DNA of 53,067 bases from Coriobacteriales bacterium (lineage in GTDB: Bacteria > Actinomycetota > Coriobacteriia > Coriobacteriales > UBA8131): the NCBI GenBank assembly GCA_031264075.1, contig JAISEO010000088.1, positions 1 to 53,067 on the forward strand. The letters are read 5' to 3'. The translations under genes were made by a program, and so were the position numbers. Under the pieces are notes generated by a model. It worked only from the letters and a program-made list of their open reading frames with translations, made no database searches and had not been told where the DNA came from. Positions 27,301 through 37,043 of the stretch are shown in pieces; the first letter of the stretch is position 1; each line of letters starts with the position of its first letter.

Positions 27301-30096
27301 TCAGGCCTTCCAGTTGGCATCCAGGCTCGCGTAGCCCGGCTGGTTGGAGGAGAAGCAGTTGCTGGGATAGCTGGGAGTAGGACAACCATTGATGATACTC
27401 TGTGCCGTGGTGGGGCCGGCAAGTGTCACGGATGATGAGTTAAAGGCATTGGCAAAACTTTCTGAAGTATCTGAGAAAACAAGACTGGGCCACAGAAAGC
27501 TTGCAGGCAGATAGGTGAGGGCACCATCATTGTTGAAAGACCCAAAGAACTTATCGCCCGCAGTGGTGATATGCGAGGTATCGAAGGATCCCGCTGGCAG
27601 TGAGGCGAGCCTGCCCGACGAGTTAAAAACGTTAAAGCAGTAGCTGCCCACCTTGGTGAGCTGTGAGGTGATAAAGGAGCCCGCAGGCAGTGAGGTGAGG
27701 CTGCCTTCATAGTTGAAACCGAAGAAAAAGAAGTCGCCCGCAGTGGTGATGTGCGAGGTGTCAAAGGAGCCCTCCGGCAGTGAGGTGAGGGCACCATTGG
27801 AGTTGAAATAGTAGAAGAAGTCGTTTGGGGCAGTGGTGAGAGAGGAGAGGTTAAAGGAACCAGCGGGCAGCGAAGTAAGCTTGCCGATGTAGTTGAAGGT
27901 TCGGAAGAAGTCCTCCCCTGCCGTGGTAAGAGCAGAAGTATCAAAGGAGCCTTCTGGCAGCGAGGTGATCTTGGCCGTGGAGACGAAGCTCGAAAAGAAA
28001 CGCTCTCCTGCGGTCGTGATGCGTGAGGTGTTGAAGGATCCCGCGGGCAGCGAGGTGAGGGCGGAGTATTCTGCGAATTGCGAGAAGAACCTGTCGCCTG
28101 CCGTCGTGATCTGAGAAGTATCAAAGGATCCCGCGGGCAGCGAGGCGATGGCACCCCCGTAATTGAAGTAGGCGAAGAAGTAGTCCGGTGCGGTGGTGGC
28201 ATCTGAGAGGAAGTAGTGCATCGGTGGCATAGAGGAGATGATCACGCTGCTTGCCGTTGTGCCGGTGGCGCGGACGAAGGGAAGGTAATTGGCTGGGTCA
28301 AAGGTCCAGAGCGCATACTCCGAAGGGGGGCCGGTCGGTGACAGCCGGATGGTATAGCTGCCCGGTGTTGCATAGGTATACACGGTGATGCCAGGCTCTT
28401 TGGTCTCTGTTGGTGTGCCGTCACCCCAGCTGACGAGGCAGTCGTTGGAGAAGAATTTGTTCAGTTCCACCGTCTGGGAAGCCTCTGTGGTGGTCACCTG
28501 CAGTTTGATTGCCAGATCGGTGATAGTGCCGGTGAGCACCGGCGTGCTCAGCGTGTAGTTACTGGCCAGGGCAGCTCCCAGAGGGGCCGTCAAGGTGGGT
28601 GCACCGGTATAGCTCAGCGCATAGCTGCCAGCGTCAGGAGAGGGAAAGGGGCTCACGGCCGTGATACCGCTGGTAGACAGCGTAAAGCCTTCCCCTGCCA
28701 CCAGGCCGGAGAACGAGCTGGGATCGGTCACCGTGATAGCGGCAAGCGAGGCTGCCGTGGTGCCGTCATAGATCCTGGCAAGCGTGAGCGAACCGGTAAA
28801 GCTCAGCGGCCGGGGCGTTACCATGACGCTCAGCGGGGCACCCGTTGTGTCCACGACCCTGGGGGCCAGCTGATATTTGAAGGCATCGGCGCCGCCGAGG
28901 CTGCCCGTAACCTCCACCGCGTGGCTGCCTGCGTCCTTGCCGTCCAACACAAAGCTCGGGCTGTTGAGCACGAGGTCATCGCCTGCCGCTCTGCCTTTGA
29001 GCGAAGGGGTGCCGGTAGGGGAGATATCCGTGGTACCGTCGTAGGGTCGCGAAGCAGCGGTGATGCCCGAGACGGAGACAGTGGTGCGCTTGTCTATGGT
29101 GGTAATCTCAAGCGTGAGGTGGTAGGTACCTGCCGGTGTCAGGGCACTCACCGAGACGACCAGGTCCAGGGGATAGCTGCCCGATGCTACGATGTCCGAG
29201 GCCGTCTTGACATCAAACACCGTGGTAGTTACGACGGAGAGGGGCTTTGACTGGAGCGTGAGGACCATGCCCCTGGGAGGAGACTCTTTGAGGGATGCCC
29301 CGAGGCTTATGTAGCGGTTTGGTGTCTGGGCGGCGGTGTCGTGATTGAGGACGGTAGTGGCCGAGCCCGAAACAGCGCGGTTTACGGTGAGGGTGATGGC
29401 AGCCTGCGCGGGCAGGGCCACCAGGAAGGAACACGTGAGCAGGGCAAGGGTGAGCAGGAAGGCTCGGCCTCCCTCCCGATACAGCAAGGAGCGCGAAGCT
29501 GAAGCCTGCGGCAGAGGCCGCGAGCTCGAAGCGTGTAAACCTGCCGCACGGCGCATCGACGGGCCTCCGGGACCTTCTGATACGCGGGAAAGCCTGACAC
29601 GCCTTGCAAAGAGTCCGATTCCTGTAAGTGTCGCGCCGGAGAGGAGAACCACGAGTGCCACGACGCCAAGGGAAGCACTGCCGTCTCCCGTAACGGGAAC
29701 AGTACCCGAAGCGTCTGTGACGACGACGGTGATGGGATAACTCGTCACCTGAGGCTCGTCTGCGCCATAGGCTACCGGCAGAGGCAGGACGAGGGAGCAG
29801 ACCCAGAGGAGTGCAGCAAGCAGCAGCAGCAAGGCCGTACGTGCTACGAGACGGAAGGCCCGAGAAGGGCAGCACGCCGGGCGGGAGCCATGAGACAGCT
29901 CATCGCCATACCAGGGTGGGCGCTCACTGGCGCCAAAAAACACGCCGGGAACTCTCCTGCTGGTACTGGATTCCCCCCGAGAACCCTCAGCTTGATACAA
30001 TGCAGTCCCGGTATCCAAGAAAGGTGTTTGACCAGAAAGGGACTTGTGCGGAGCGAACAGAAAAGACCGAGTAGTACGAGTCTGGCATCTTCGCAT
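27301..30096 (-). CDS. Large surface protein with two YDG-type domains, a PKD-like domain and C-terminal 30-aa LRR-like repeats
   Basis: RPYDGTT and RIYDGTT; VSWGDGT..YTYATPGSYTI; repeats LTSLPAGSFDTSxITTAGxxFFxxF; RBS GGGAGG; start uncertain. Confidence 0.8.
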   Translation of the reverse strand: MRRCQTRTTRSFLFAPHKSLSGQTPFLDTGTALYQAEGSRGESSTSRRVPGVFFGASERPPWYGDELSHGSRPACCPSRAFRLVARTALLLLLAALLWVCSLVLPLPVAYGADEPQVTSYPITVVVTDASGTVPVTGDGSASLGVVALVVLLSGATLTGIGLFARRVRLSRVSEGPGGPSMRRAAGLHASSSRPLPQASASRSLLYREGGRAFLLTLALLTCSFLVALPAQAAITLTVNRAVSGSATTVLNHDTAAQTPNRYISLGASLKESPPRGMVLTLQSKPLSVVTTTVFDVKTASDIVASGSYPLDLVVSVSALTPAGTYHLTLEITTIDKRTTVSVSGITAASRPYDGTTDISPTGTPSLKGRAAGDDLVLNSPSFVLDGKDAGSHAVEVTGSLGGADAFKYQLAPRVVDTTGAPLSVMVTPRPLSFTGSLTLARIYDGTTAASLAAITVTDPSSFSGLVAGEGFTLSTSGITAVSPFPSPDAGSYALSYTGAPTLTAPLGAALASNYTLSTPVLTGTITDLAIKLQVTTTEASQTVELNKFFSNDCLVSWGDGTPTETKEPGITVYTYATPGSYTIRLSPTGPPSEYALWTFDPANYLPFVRATGTTASSVIISSMPPMHYFLSDATTAPDYFFAYFNYGGAIASLPAGSFDTSQITTAGDRFFSQFAEYSALTSLPAGSFNTSRITTAGERFFSSFVSTAKITSLPEGSFDTSALTTAGEDFFRTFNYIGKLTSLPAGSFNLSSLTTAPNDFFYYFNSNGALTSLPEGSFDTSHITTAGDFFFFGFNYEGSLTSLPAGSFITSQLTKVGSYCFNVFNSSGRLASLPAGSFDTSHITTAGDKFFGSFNNDGALTYLPASFLWPSLVFSDTSESFANAFNSSSVTLAGPTTAQSIINGCPTPSYPSNCFSSNQPGYASLDANWKA
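27510..28230 (-). repeat. Intragenic 90-bp tandem repeat (7 full plus 2 partial units)
   Basis: GGCAGYGAR.. block recurs every 90 bp (near 27598, 27688, 27778, 27868, 27958, 28048, 28138). Confidence 0.85.
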
Positions 30097-30436
30097 ATCT
30101 TCCTCCCAACCTCTGAGGCTCTATCAGCATATGCGCTGCTATCATGCCATTGTATTGACAAGCACTAGCATATCATGCCAGGCCGGCCTTCCGTAAGGGT
30201 GCTATCTGTAGACGGTGAAGCCATTCGGATTGGCAGGCGTTGGGAAGCGCTGGAAGGCATTGCCACGGTGCTGAAAGGCAGGCTGCTGCTGCCAAGATCT
30301 GCCCTGCGGTTTCAATAGACCTGAATGTACCGGTTCATGCAGGCCTGCGGCTTTATACTTCTGGAGCTATTAACTGGGTGCCAGCCAGCCTGTCGGAGAA
30401 GGTTTGTCGGAGTCAGTGAAGACTATAGGACAGGAG

Positions 30437-30883
30437 CTACGAGGACACGACCAGCCTGCCTGCCTTGGCATCGTTTTCTGTGATGATGATGTACTGCCTC
30501 TCGAGCTCCTTCTTCATGCGGAGGCAGTTGACGGTGGTAAAAACCGCGCAGAGGACGGTGTAGACAAGGGTCACCACCACCTTGACCTCAGCAAACGCAG
30601 GCACGATGCCGGCCCTTGTGGCAAAGGCATACAGCATGATGAGCACATACGGCAACAGCATGAGATACTGCGCGGTATAGAACCTCGACACCTCAAACCC
30701 CGTCTTTTTGAAGCGTCGTTTGCTGACGATGAAGAGCACTATGCCGCCGTGCATGGCAACGAGCGCGATGACGAACCAGGGCATCGGCAAGACCTGTAGC
30801 AAGGCGATGAATCCAAAGGTCGCCGTTGCAGCCGTAATGAAAAGCGCGAGATTGCGCCTGAAGTCCTTGCCTGATCGTTCCAT
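30437..30883 (-). CDS. Hypothetical four-TM membrane protein
   Basis: Four hydrophobic segments; RBS GAAAGG before ATG 30883. Confidence 0.7.
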   Translation of the reverse strand: MERSGKDFRRNLALFITAATATFGFIALLQVLPMPWFVIALVAMHGGIVLFIVSKRRFKKTGFEVSRFYTAQYLMLLPYVLIMLYAFATRAGIVPAFAEVKVVVTLVYTVLCAVFTTVNCLRMKKELERQYIIITENDAKAGRLVVSS

Positions 30884-31025
30884 ACAGATACCTTTCACTC
30901 ACTATTCAGCTGAGTTCCTTAGGTCAGCTGAGACTCTCCCATGGATTATAGCGCTTATGGCCTGCAACACGACAGAGCACAGAGGTGAGAACAGCACAGC
31001 TGGTAGCAACTGGTCGAGGGCGACC

Positions 31026-31352
31026 TTACACAAACGACCGTATACACTCAGCGATTGCTGCGGTCAGCGCGGCATCGTTCAGGGCTTCTATCCGTGTGGC
31101 GCGTCTGGTTTGCAGATCAAAGGCCCGCACCTGCTCTACAACCACAAAGCCGTAGGTGTGCAGGTTCTCGGGAAGCCGAAAGTGCAGCGGAAAGCCATTG
31201 TCTATCGTGGTTATGGGGCAAACCAGCGTCATGGACGTGCCTACATTGAAGTGGGCGTTGCTCACCACCAGTGCTGGACGTCGGCCTTTTGGCTCGTGCC
31301 CTTCAGCCGGGCTGAAATCAAACTCGACAATATCGCCCTGGTCGAATATCAC
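31026..31352 (-). CDS. mazF: MazF/PemK endoribonuclease toxin
   Basis: QGDIV..FSPAEGHEPKGRRPALVVS..CPITT..EQVRAFD. Confidence 0.95.
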   Translation of the reverse strand: MIFDQGDIVEFDFSPAEGHEPKGRRPALVVSNAHFNVGTSMTLVCPITTIDNGFPLHFRLPENLHTYGFVVVEQVRAFDLQTRRATRIEALNDAALTAAIAECIRSFV

Positions 31353-31585
31353 CAGAGTTCCCTACCCATCGGCTCTCCCCAGTCGTATTCGCTGGGCTTG
31401 GGGCCGGTGTAACCCTTGAGCAAATCCTCAACACGATAGCTTTTTGAAGGCTGTAGCTCCAGCTTACCGTCTCTCAGGCTGATGTCCAGCTTGTCGCCTT
31501 TGTGTAAACCCAGCTGTTCAAGATACCGCTTGGGAATGAGCACGCCGTGGCCATTGCCCCATTTGTGTATTGTGGCTGTACTCAT
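31349..31585 (-). CDS. mazE: MazE/AbrB antitoxin
   Basis: KWGNGHGVLIPK and DWGEPMGRE; overlaps mazF. Confidence 0.95.
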   Translation of the reverse strand: MSTATIHKWGNGHGVLIPKRYLEQLGLHKGDKLDISLRDGKLELQPSKSYRVEDLLKGYTGPKPSEYDWGEPMGRELW

Positions 31586-31599
31586 AGGGTGCCTCTCTC

Positions 31600-31649
31600 T
31601 GTACTAAACATGTTTAGTACATGGTAGCCGCTGCCTGGCACGATGTCAA
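31600..31649 (-). promoter_or_regulatory. mazEF promoter with 22-bp palindromic operator
   Basis: TTGACA (31649-31644), 17 bp, TACCAT (31626-31621); TGTACTAAACATGTTTAGTACA (31600-31621) is a perfect palindrome. Confidence 0.8.
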
Positions 31650-31680
31650 GGCCTCTGCGAAGAGCGTCTGACCCAGCCTG

Positions 31681-32655
31681 CTACGATGGCCGGGGTTCCC
31701 GGCTTGCTTTGACCAGCTCCTCGGCAAACCCTTCGGCGTAGGCGCTGGGTATGACGATGGTGCCCTTCGACTCCTTGACTCCTTCGCTCAAGAGGTGCAT
31801 CGAGCGCAGCCGGTAGGCCATCTCGTCCTCGCGATAGATCTTCGTCGCTTCCAGGAGCATGGAGGCAATGTCGCTTTCCACCTCGGCCAGCACTATTCGG
31901 GCGTCTTTCTCCCGTTCTGCCTTGGCCTCGGCCGCCATGTCCTTCTGTAGATCCTTCGGGATAACGATATCGCGGATCTCAACATACAGGATGGAAATCC
32001 CCCAGGACGTCGTCTTTTCTTCAACCGCTGTTCGGAGCTCCTGATCGAGCTGAACCCTTTGCATGACGACCTCCGCGATGCTTTTGCGCCCTATGGCATC
32101 ACGGAGCGCGGTCTGTGCGGCGAGCGCGACGGAATCGTAGTAATCCTCCACTTCGATGCAGGCCTTCTCCGCGTCCCATACGACCCAGAAGATTGCCGCG
32201 TCCACGTTCACCGGAACCAGATCGGCCGTCAAGGTTTCCTCCGCACCAAAGCCGGTGAGCATGACCCGTTGGTCCGCCTTGAGCGCGATGTGCTCGATGA
32301 AGGGAATGGTGCAATAGAAGCCCGGCCCGACCGTTCTACTGTACCTTCCAAAGCGGAGGATGACGACCTTTTCCCATTGGGAAGCGATATGCACGGTAAA
32401 CAGCATCAGGACCGCGACGATGAGCGCCAGGGACAGGGTCCAGATGTTGATGACTCCAAACCCGAGAAAGCTGATGGCAACGACGAGGGCGAAGAACAGG
32501 ATGAAGACGAGGCCGGAGAATACGATGCTCGCGTTTTCATTGGTGTGCTTTGTTTTGGGAGAATTGTAGGTCTCTATTCGTGCGTGCTCCTTCTTCTCGA
32601 CCCGTCGGGCCCCGGGCAGATCCTGCCGCTTCCGTTTTTCTTCTCGCTCACTCAT
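31681..32655 (-). CDS. SPFH/stomatin-family membrane protein
   Basis: QWEKVVILRFG, VPVNVDA, AQTALRDAIG, WGI..VEIRD, AEAKAEREK; alternative start 32676. Confidence 0.92.
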   Translation of the reverse strand: MSEREEKRKRQDLPGARRVEKKEHARIETYNSPKTKHTNENASIVFSGLVFILFFALVVAISFLGFGVINIWTLSLALIVAVLMLFTVHIASQWEKVVILRFGRYSRTVGPGFYCTIPFIEHIALKADQRVMLTGFGAEETLTADLVPVNVDAAIFWVVWDAEKACIEVEDYYDSVALAAQTALRDAIGRKSIAEVVMQRVQLDQELRTAVEEKTTSWGISILYVEIRDIVIPKDLQKDMAAEAKAEREKDARIVLAEVESDIASMLLEATKIYREDEMAYRLRSMHLLSEGVKESKGTIVIPSAYAEGFAEELVKASREPRPS

Positions 32656-32672
32656 CGCGACACTTCCTTTTC

Positions 32673-33119
32673 TCATGCATCGTAATACTCCATCTTCTCT
32701 TCCGCGGCGCTCCGCGTCTCCGTCTCCAGCTGTTCTGTGATGTGGTTAATGCGGGCACGAATATCCTCAAACGTCATGCCGACGGCACGGTATTGCTTGA
32801 TACAGTCCTCAAGAGCGATGTCAATAGCGGTGTCGGCACCCTCTTGATGGGGAGCGATGCCTTTCTGGACATACATGCCCCGACCCCTGATTGAGACGAT
32901 GAGATCGTTTTGCTCGAGGTTCTTATAGGCTTTGGTCACCGTCGTGTAGTTGATCCGGGCACTGGTTGACAGGCTTCTCACACTGGGAATCTGCTCGCCC
33001 GGCTTGAAGAAGCCCACGCGTATCAGATACGCCATGCGGTTTCTCAATTGCACCCAGATAGGCAGGTCAGAGGTATCGTCTACCGTGAATATCGGTTCAT
33101 TATTTGCTGAGTGTTGCAC
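32673..33119 (-). CDS. GntR-family regulator (YtrA-like)
   Basis: PIWVQL..PSVRSL..TTVTKAY..L..GRGMYV. Confidence 0.9.
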   Translation of the reverse strand: MQHSANNEPIFTVDDTSDLPIWVQLRNRMAYLIRVGFFKPGEQIPSVRSLSTSARINYTTVTKAYKNLEQNDLIVSIRGRGMYVQKGIAPHQEGADTAIDIALEDCIKQYRAVGMTFEDIRARINHITEQLETETRSAAEEKMEYYDA

Positions 33120-33209
33120 AGTGTCACCCGTTCACGTTCTGTTTTTCTTGTGCAAGATCCAGCACCAGAGAGAGCCGTATCGTTGCGACTGCATAAGGAG
33201 TGTACCCAT

Positions 33210-34160
33210 TCAATGGATACCACACTGGATTATAACGTAACGCAGGCAAAACCCTCCCAATAGGCAAATCGCATCAGAAACGGGAATAGTCCGAAAGGGC
33301 TTTACTCTGAGGTTGTATGACTCGAGGAAGAAGGGTGCGAGTATGCCCATGCCAACAACGCCGACAACAACAACGGAAAGCATGCTCGGGCTGAGTAGTA
33401 GGGCAAGGGATTTCTGGGAGGCGGGGTCGAGGAAAACGACAGTCAAAAACGCCGCAAGCGACAGCAGTTCCAGAAGCAGGACAACAACATGCAGCTTTTG
33501 GAGCGGGCGGGCAGCCCGGAGGAGCAACGTCTGGTCTTTGATGAAGTAGTCGATGAGCAAGACTATCGAAACCCCTGCCGAAAGCGAGGAGAAGAGGAAG
33601 AGCACAAGCAGCGCCCAGGTATTCCAGAACGGTACCGCGGCATTGGTTGCCAGGAATACACCGGTGTAGAGCATTATCGCAAAGGAAACGACGCAACAGA
33701 GGTATTCGAGTAGCTTACGCACCCTGCCGCCGATAAATGACAGGCTGAAAAGATTGGCAGCGGCCAGCAGAAACACGATGAGCAATTCAAGCAGCAGGGC
33801 ATAGGCACCAAATGTCAGCACCGTAAAGTGAGGACGCAGAAACAGTAATAGTACGCGCTCCGGAGAACCCAGATCCCAGATGAGGCAGAGTATCGAGAAT
33901 ACCAGCAGGAGAGCGCAGATGACGTAACAACGTGCCATCAGGGATTTGAATGCGCTGTTGAGCCGCTCACTATGCTGCTTCTCTCTGCGGTGAAACACAA
34001 TGCTCCAGGCCGACATGATGCACAATGCGCCAGCTGAGGCACCACCTAAAAAGAGATAGAGAATTACCATCAGGTCAAACAGGGGTATCCCAAACAACAG
34101 TACTCCTTCAGGTTGCGTACCATCCGATGAAAACGCCTCTCCAACAGGCAGAGACAGCAC
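33210..34160 (-). CDS. NrfD/PsrC-family membrane anchor
   Basis: YLFLGG, DLGSPER, YTGVFL, GGFCLRY; about 8 TM helices; start uncertain. Confidence 0.88.
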   Translation of the reverse strand: MLSLPVGEAFSSDGTQPEGVLLFGIPLFDLMVILYLFLGGASAGALCIMSAWSIVFHRREKQHSERLNSAFKSLMARCYVICALLLVFSILCLIWDLGSPERVLLLFLRPHFTVLTFGAYALLLELLIVFLLAAANLFSLSFIGGRVRKLLEYLCCVVSFAIMLYTGVFLATNAAVPFWNTWALLVLFLFSSLSAGVSIVLLIDYFIKDQTLLLRAARPLQKLHVVVLLLELLSLAAFLTVVFLDPASQKSLALLLSPSMLSVVVVGVVGMGILAPFFLESYNLRVKPFRTIPVSDAICLLGGFCLRYVIIQCGIH

Positions 34161-34403
34161 GACGCTGGACTTCCTTCCAATCCTTCAAGGCCCATTATCC
34201 TACATTTCGAGAAAAAGTGGAATACCTATTGACTGAATCAGTGAATGGTAGTAGCATATCACCAAGGATGACCGGCAGTCTAGGAGGCGCCAAAGGCCGG
34301 GGCATGCGATATTTGGCAAGGATGACAGAGAAAGGAGCGTCCAGATGAACAAGGTACTTCGACCTCCCGCAGGCAGAGTCAATGAGAGAGGAAGGAAGGG
34401 CTT

Positions 34404-37043
34404 ATGGCTATTCAAGCAGTAAGCACTGAAGGCGCGCGCCGTCTTGAGCTTAGCAGGCGGCGCTTCCTGCTCACGGCAGGTGCGCTGGCCGGGCTGGCAG
34501 CAACGACCGGCGCGTATGGCTGCTCAAACGTTGACACCGCACCTGGCGGCAACAACGCCTCTGAGGCGGTAGACACGGAGGCAGTCATCAAATCGCAATG
34601 TCGCATGTGCCACGGCACCTGTGGCACCCTGATTCATACTCGCAATGGGCGAGTAACCAAAGTTGAAGGCTATGAGGACTCGCCAACCAACCATGGCACG
34701 CTGTGTGTCAAAGGCCTGTCAACCATTCAACACCAGTATAATCCGCGTCGTCTGCGCTACCCCATGAAGCGTATTGGCGAACGAGGCGAGGGCAAGTGGG
34801 AGCGCGTTTCCTGGGACGAGGCCTATGAGATGATTGCAGAGGCGTATTACGCCAGCGAACCCACGCAGCGCGCCATGAGTTCTGGCACCGGTCGCCATCA
34901 ACAAGACTGGAACGGTATCTTCATCAATGCCATGGGCTTGCGCAACAGCAGCTTTGGCATGCCGCCACTGTGCTATCTACCGCGCATCCAGGTGAGCACC
35001 AAGATGTTTGGCTATCGCCTGCCCGTTGCCGATTACTTTGGCTTCAAGGGCGATGTTAACCCCGGCGTGGTACTTTTCTGGGGCAACAACATCACCAATT
35101 CACACGCCGATGGCATGTCTGGCTCAGCACCGCTTCGCGCTATCAACAAGGGATCCAAGCTTATCTGCATTGATCCTGTCTTTACCAACGTAGCTGCCAA
35201 GGCCGAAAAGTGGCTGTCCATTCGTCCAGCGACGGACGGCGCATTGGCCATGGGCTTTTTGCATGTCATCATCAACGAGGATCTCTACGATCATGAATTC
35301 GTCGAGCAGTGGTCTAATCTCCCCGGTCTGGTGCGTGACGACACCGGTACCATGCTCACCGAGCATGACCTCAACGGAACCGAGGCCGAAGAGTTCCATG
35401 GTCCGCCTACGGCCATTTTGCCCCCCGAGCTGGTGGTATTTTGGGATGCGGCCTCCAATTCGGCGGTCTTGGCAGATTCCCCGGAAATCAAACCGGCGAT
35501 GAGCGGCAGCTTTACGGTGGATTTGCCCAAGGAAGGTCCGGTCAGTTGTCACACTGCCTGGGATGACCTGGTAAAGCGCGTCAATGAGTACCCAACCGAC
35601 AAAGTGGCCGAGATCACAGCGTTAAAAAAAGAGGACATCGAAGAAGTCGCGCGCATCATTGCCACCGAAGGCCCGCTGGCCTTGCAATGGGGTGTCTCCT
35701 TTGACCAGTGGGGTGTCAACTCGGCTGACGCAATTCAGGCGGCCCTGATGATGATTCCGCTCGTGGGCAGTCTGGATGTGCCAGGCGGCATGGCCATGTG
35801 GGCACCACTCAACTACCGCAAGGGCTCCTTTCCCTCTGAACTGGGCGACGACTACAATTCTCACGACATGTATCGTGCCGACCTGCTGCCAGCAGAAGTC
35901 CAGGCCAAAGGTGCGGAATACTCTGCCTGCCCCTGGGGCGGCGGCGGTGCCAACTTCTACATCGAGGCTGTTGCCAAGGGCGAGGAAGACTGCCAGTTCC
36001 TGTGGGTAGTGGGCGCAAATCCTCTCCACAATACTGCAGAAACCGCCCAAACGCTCAGCGCCTTGGAAAAGGTCGGCTTTATTGTGGTGTGGGATCACTA
36101 CATGACTGCCACGGCACAAATGGCCGATCTGGTGATGCCCGTGGCAATCTGGACAGAGATGAGCCGGCTGGCGGATATGCACTTCCTCTGGGGGCTGCAA
36201 TCCAGGATCAAAGCAGTTGAACCACTGGGCGAAGCGCGTTCAGATGAAATGGGCTGTATGGGCCTGGCCCGCGTACTGGCCAAGACCGACCCGGACTACT
36301 GGGATGAAATAATTCCCTGGTCTTCAGAAGAAGAGTGGATCGACTGGCGCCTCGAGCCCATGGAGACCACATGGAACGAGTTCAAGGAAGAGTGGTTGCA
36401 TCTGGCACCGCAAAAGCCTTATTCCTACAAGGAGAGCAAGTTCCTCTTGCCCGCAGGCAAAGCCGAACTCTTTATTCGTGCCAAACAACAGCAAGGGGAA
36501 GACCCTCTGCCGCGTTATCGCGAACAGCCCCTGTACAATCTGGCCAATAGCGAACTGGTGGAAAAGTATCCATTCCTCTGCGTAACCCGTCGAGTGGCAG
36601 GCTATTTCCATACCGAATACCGGCAGTTGCCCTTCATCCGCGAAATCTGGCCAGAGCCAATGATTGAGATCAACCCGCTGAGTGCTGCCGGGCTGGGCAT
36701 TGCCGAAGGCGACTGGACGGTGGTTGAGACCAACAGGGGCAAAATCAAGCTCAAGGCCAAAGTCACCGAAACCGTTGCACCGGATGTTGTCTGTACCGAA
36801 CACGACTGGTGGTTCCCCGAAGTTGAAGAAGGCACGGATCCCAAGCTCAGCGGTGTCATGGAGTCAAACCTGAGTGTAATTGTTGATAACGACAGATCCA
36901 CGGGCTACGATGCCTTGATTGGCACGCCTATTCTGCGCGGCTTTTTTGTCAATGTCTACAAGTCGCCCGACGGCCCGCCAAAGGGGCTTGACCCTGATGT
37001 CGCGGTAACGTGGATACCCGACGCTGAAACGGAGGTGGACTGA
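34404..37043 (+). CDS. Tat-exported molybdopterin (bis-MGD) oxidoreductase catalytic subunit
   Basis: SRRRFL Tat motif, AYGC possible lipobox, CRMCHGTC..C 4Fe-4S, LRYPMKR..GEGKWERVSWDEA, ADLVMP, FHT..R, EINP. Confidence 0.95.
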   Translation: MAIQAVSTEGARRLELSRRRFLLTAGALAGLAATTGAYGCSNVDTAPGGNNASEAVDTEAVIKSQCRMCHGTCGTLIHTRNGRVTKVEGYEDSPTNHGTLCVKGLSTIQHQYNPRRLRYPMKRIGERGEGKWERVSWDEAYEMIAEAYYASEPTQRAMSSGTGRHQQDWNGIFINAMGLRNSSFGMPPLCYLPRIQVSTKMFGYRLPVADYFGFKGDVNPGVVLFWGNNITNSHADGMSGSAPLRAINKGSKLICIDPVFTNVAAKAEKWLSIRPATDGALAMGFLHVIINEDLYDHEFVEQWSNLPGLVRDDTGTMLTEHDLNGTEAEEFHGPPTAILPPELVVFWDAASNSAVLADSPEIKPAMSGSFTVDLPKEGPVSCHTAWDDLVKRVNEYPTDKVAEITALKKEDIEEVARIIATEGPLALQWGVSFDQWGVNSADAIQAALMMIPLVGSLDVPGGMAMWAPLNYRKGSFPSELGDDYNSHDMYRADLLPAEVQAKGAEYSACPWGGGGANFYIEAVAKGEEDCQFLWVVGANPLHNTAETAQTLSALEKVGFIVVWDHYMTATAQMADLVMPVAIWTEMSRLADMHFLWGLQSRIKAVEPLGEARSDEMGCMGLARVLAKTDPDYWDEIIPWSSEEEWIDWRLEPMETTWNEFKEEWLHLAPQKPYSYKESKFLLPAGKAELFIRAKQQQGEDPLPRYREQPLYNLANSELVEKYPFLCVTRRVAGYFHTEYRQLPFIREIWPEPMIEINPLSAAGLGIAEGDWTVVETNRGKIKLKAKVTETVAPDVVCTEHDWWFPEVEEGTDPKLSGVMESNLSVIVDNDRSTGYDALIGTPILRGFFVNVYKSPDGPPKGLDPDVAVTWIPDAETEVD

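Noticed and set aside
27245-27305. Three GGCATCAG copies
   Set aside because: Short, irregularly spaced and between convergent gene ends; no supportable function.
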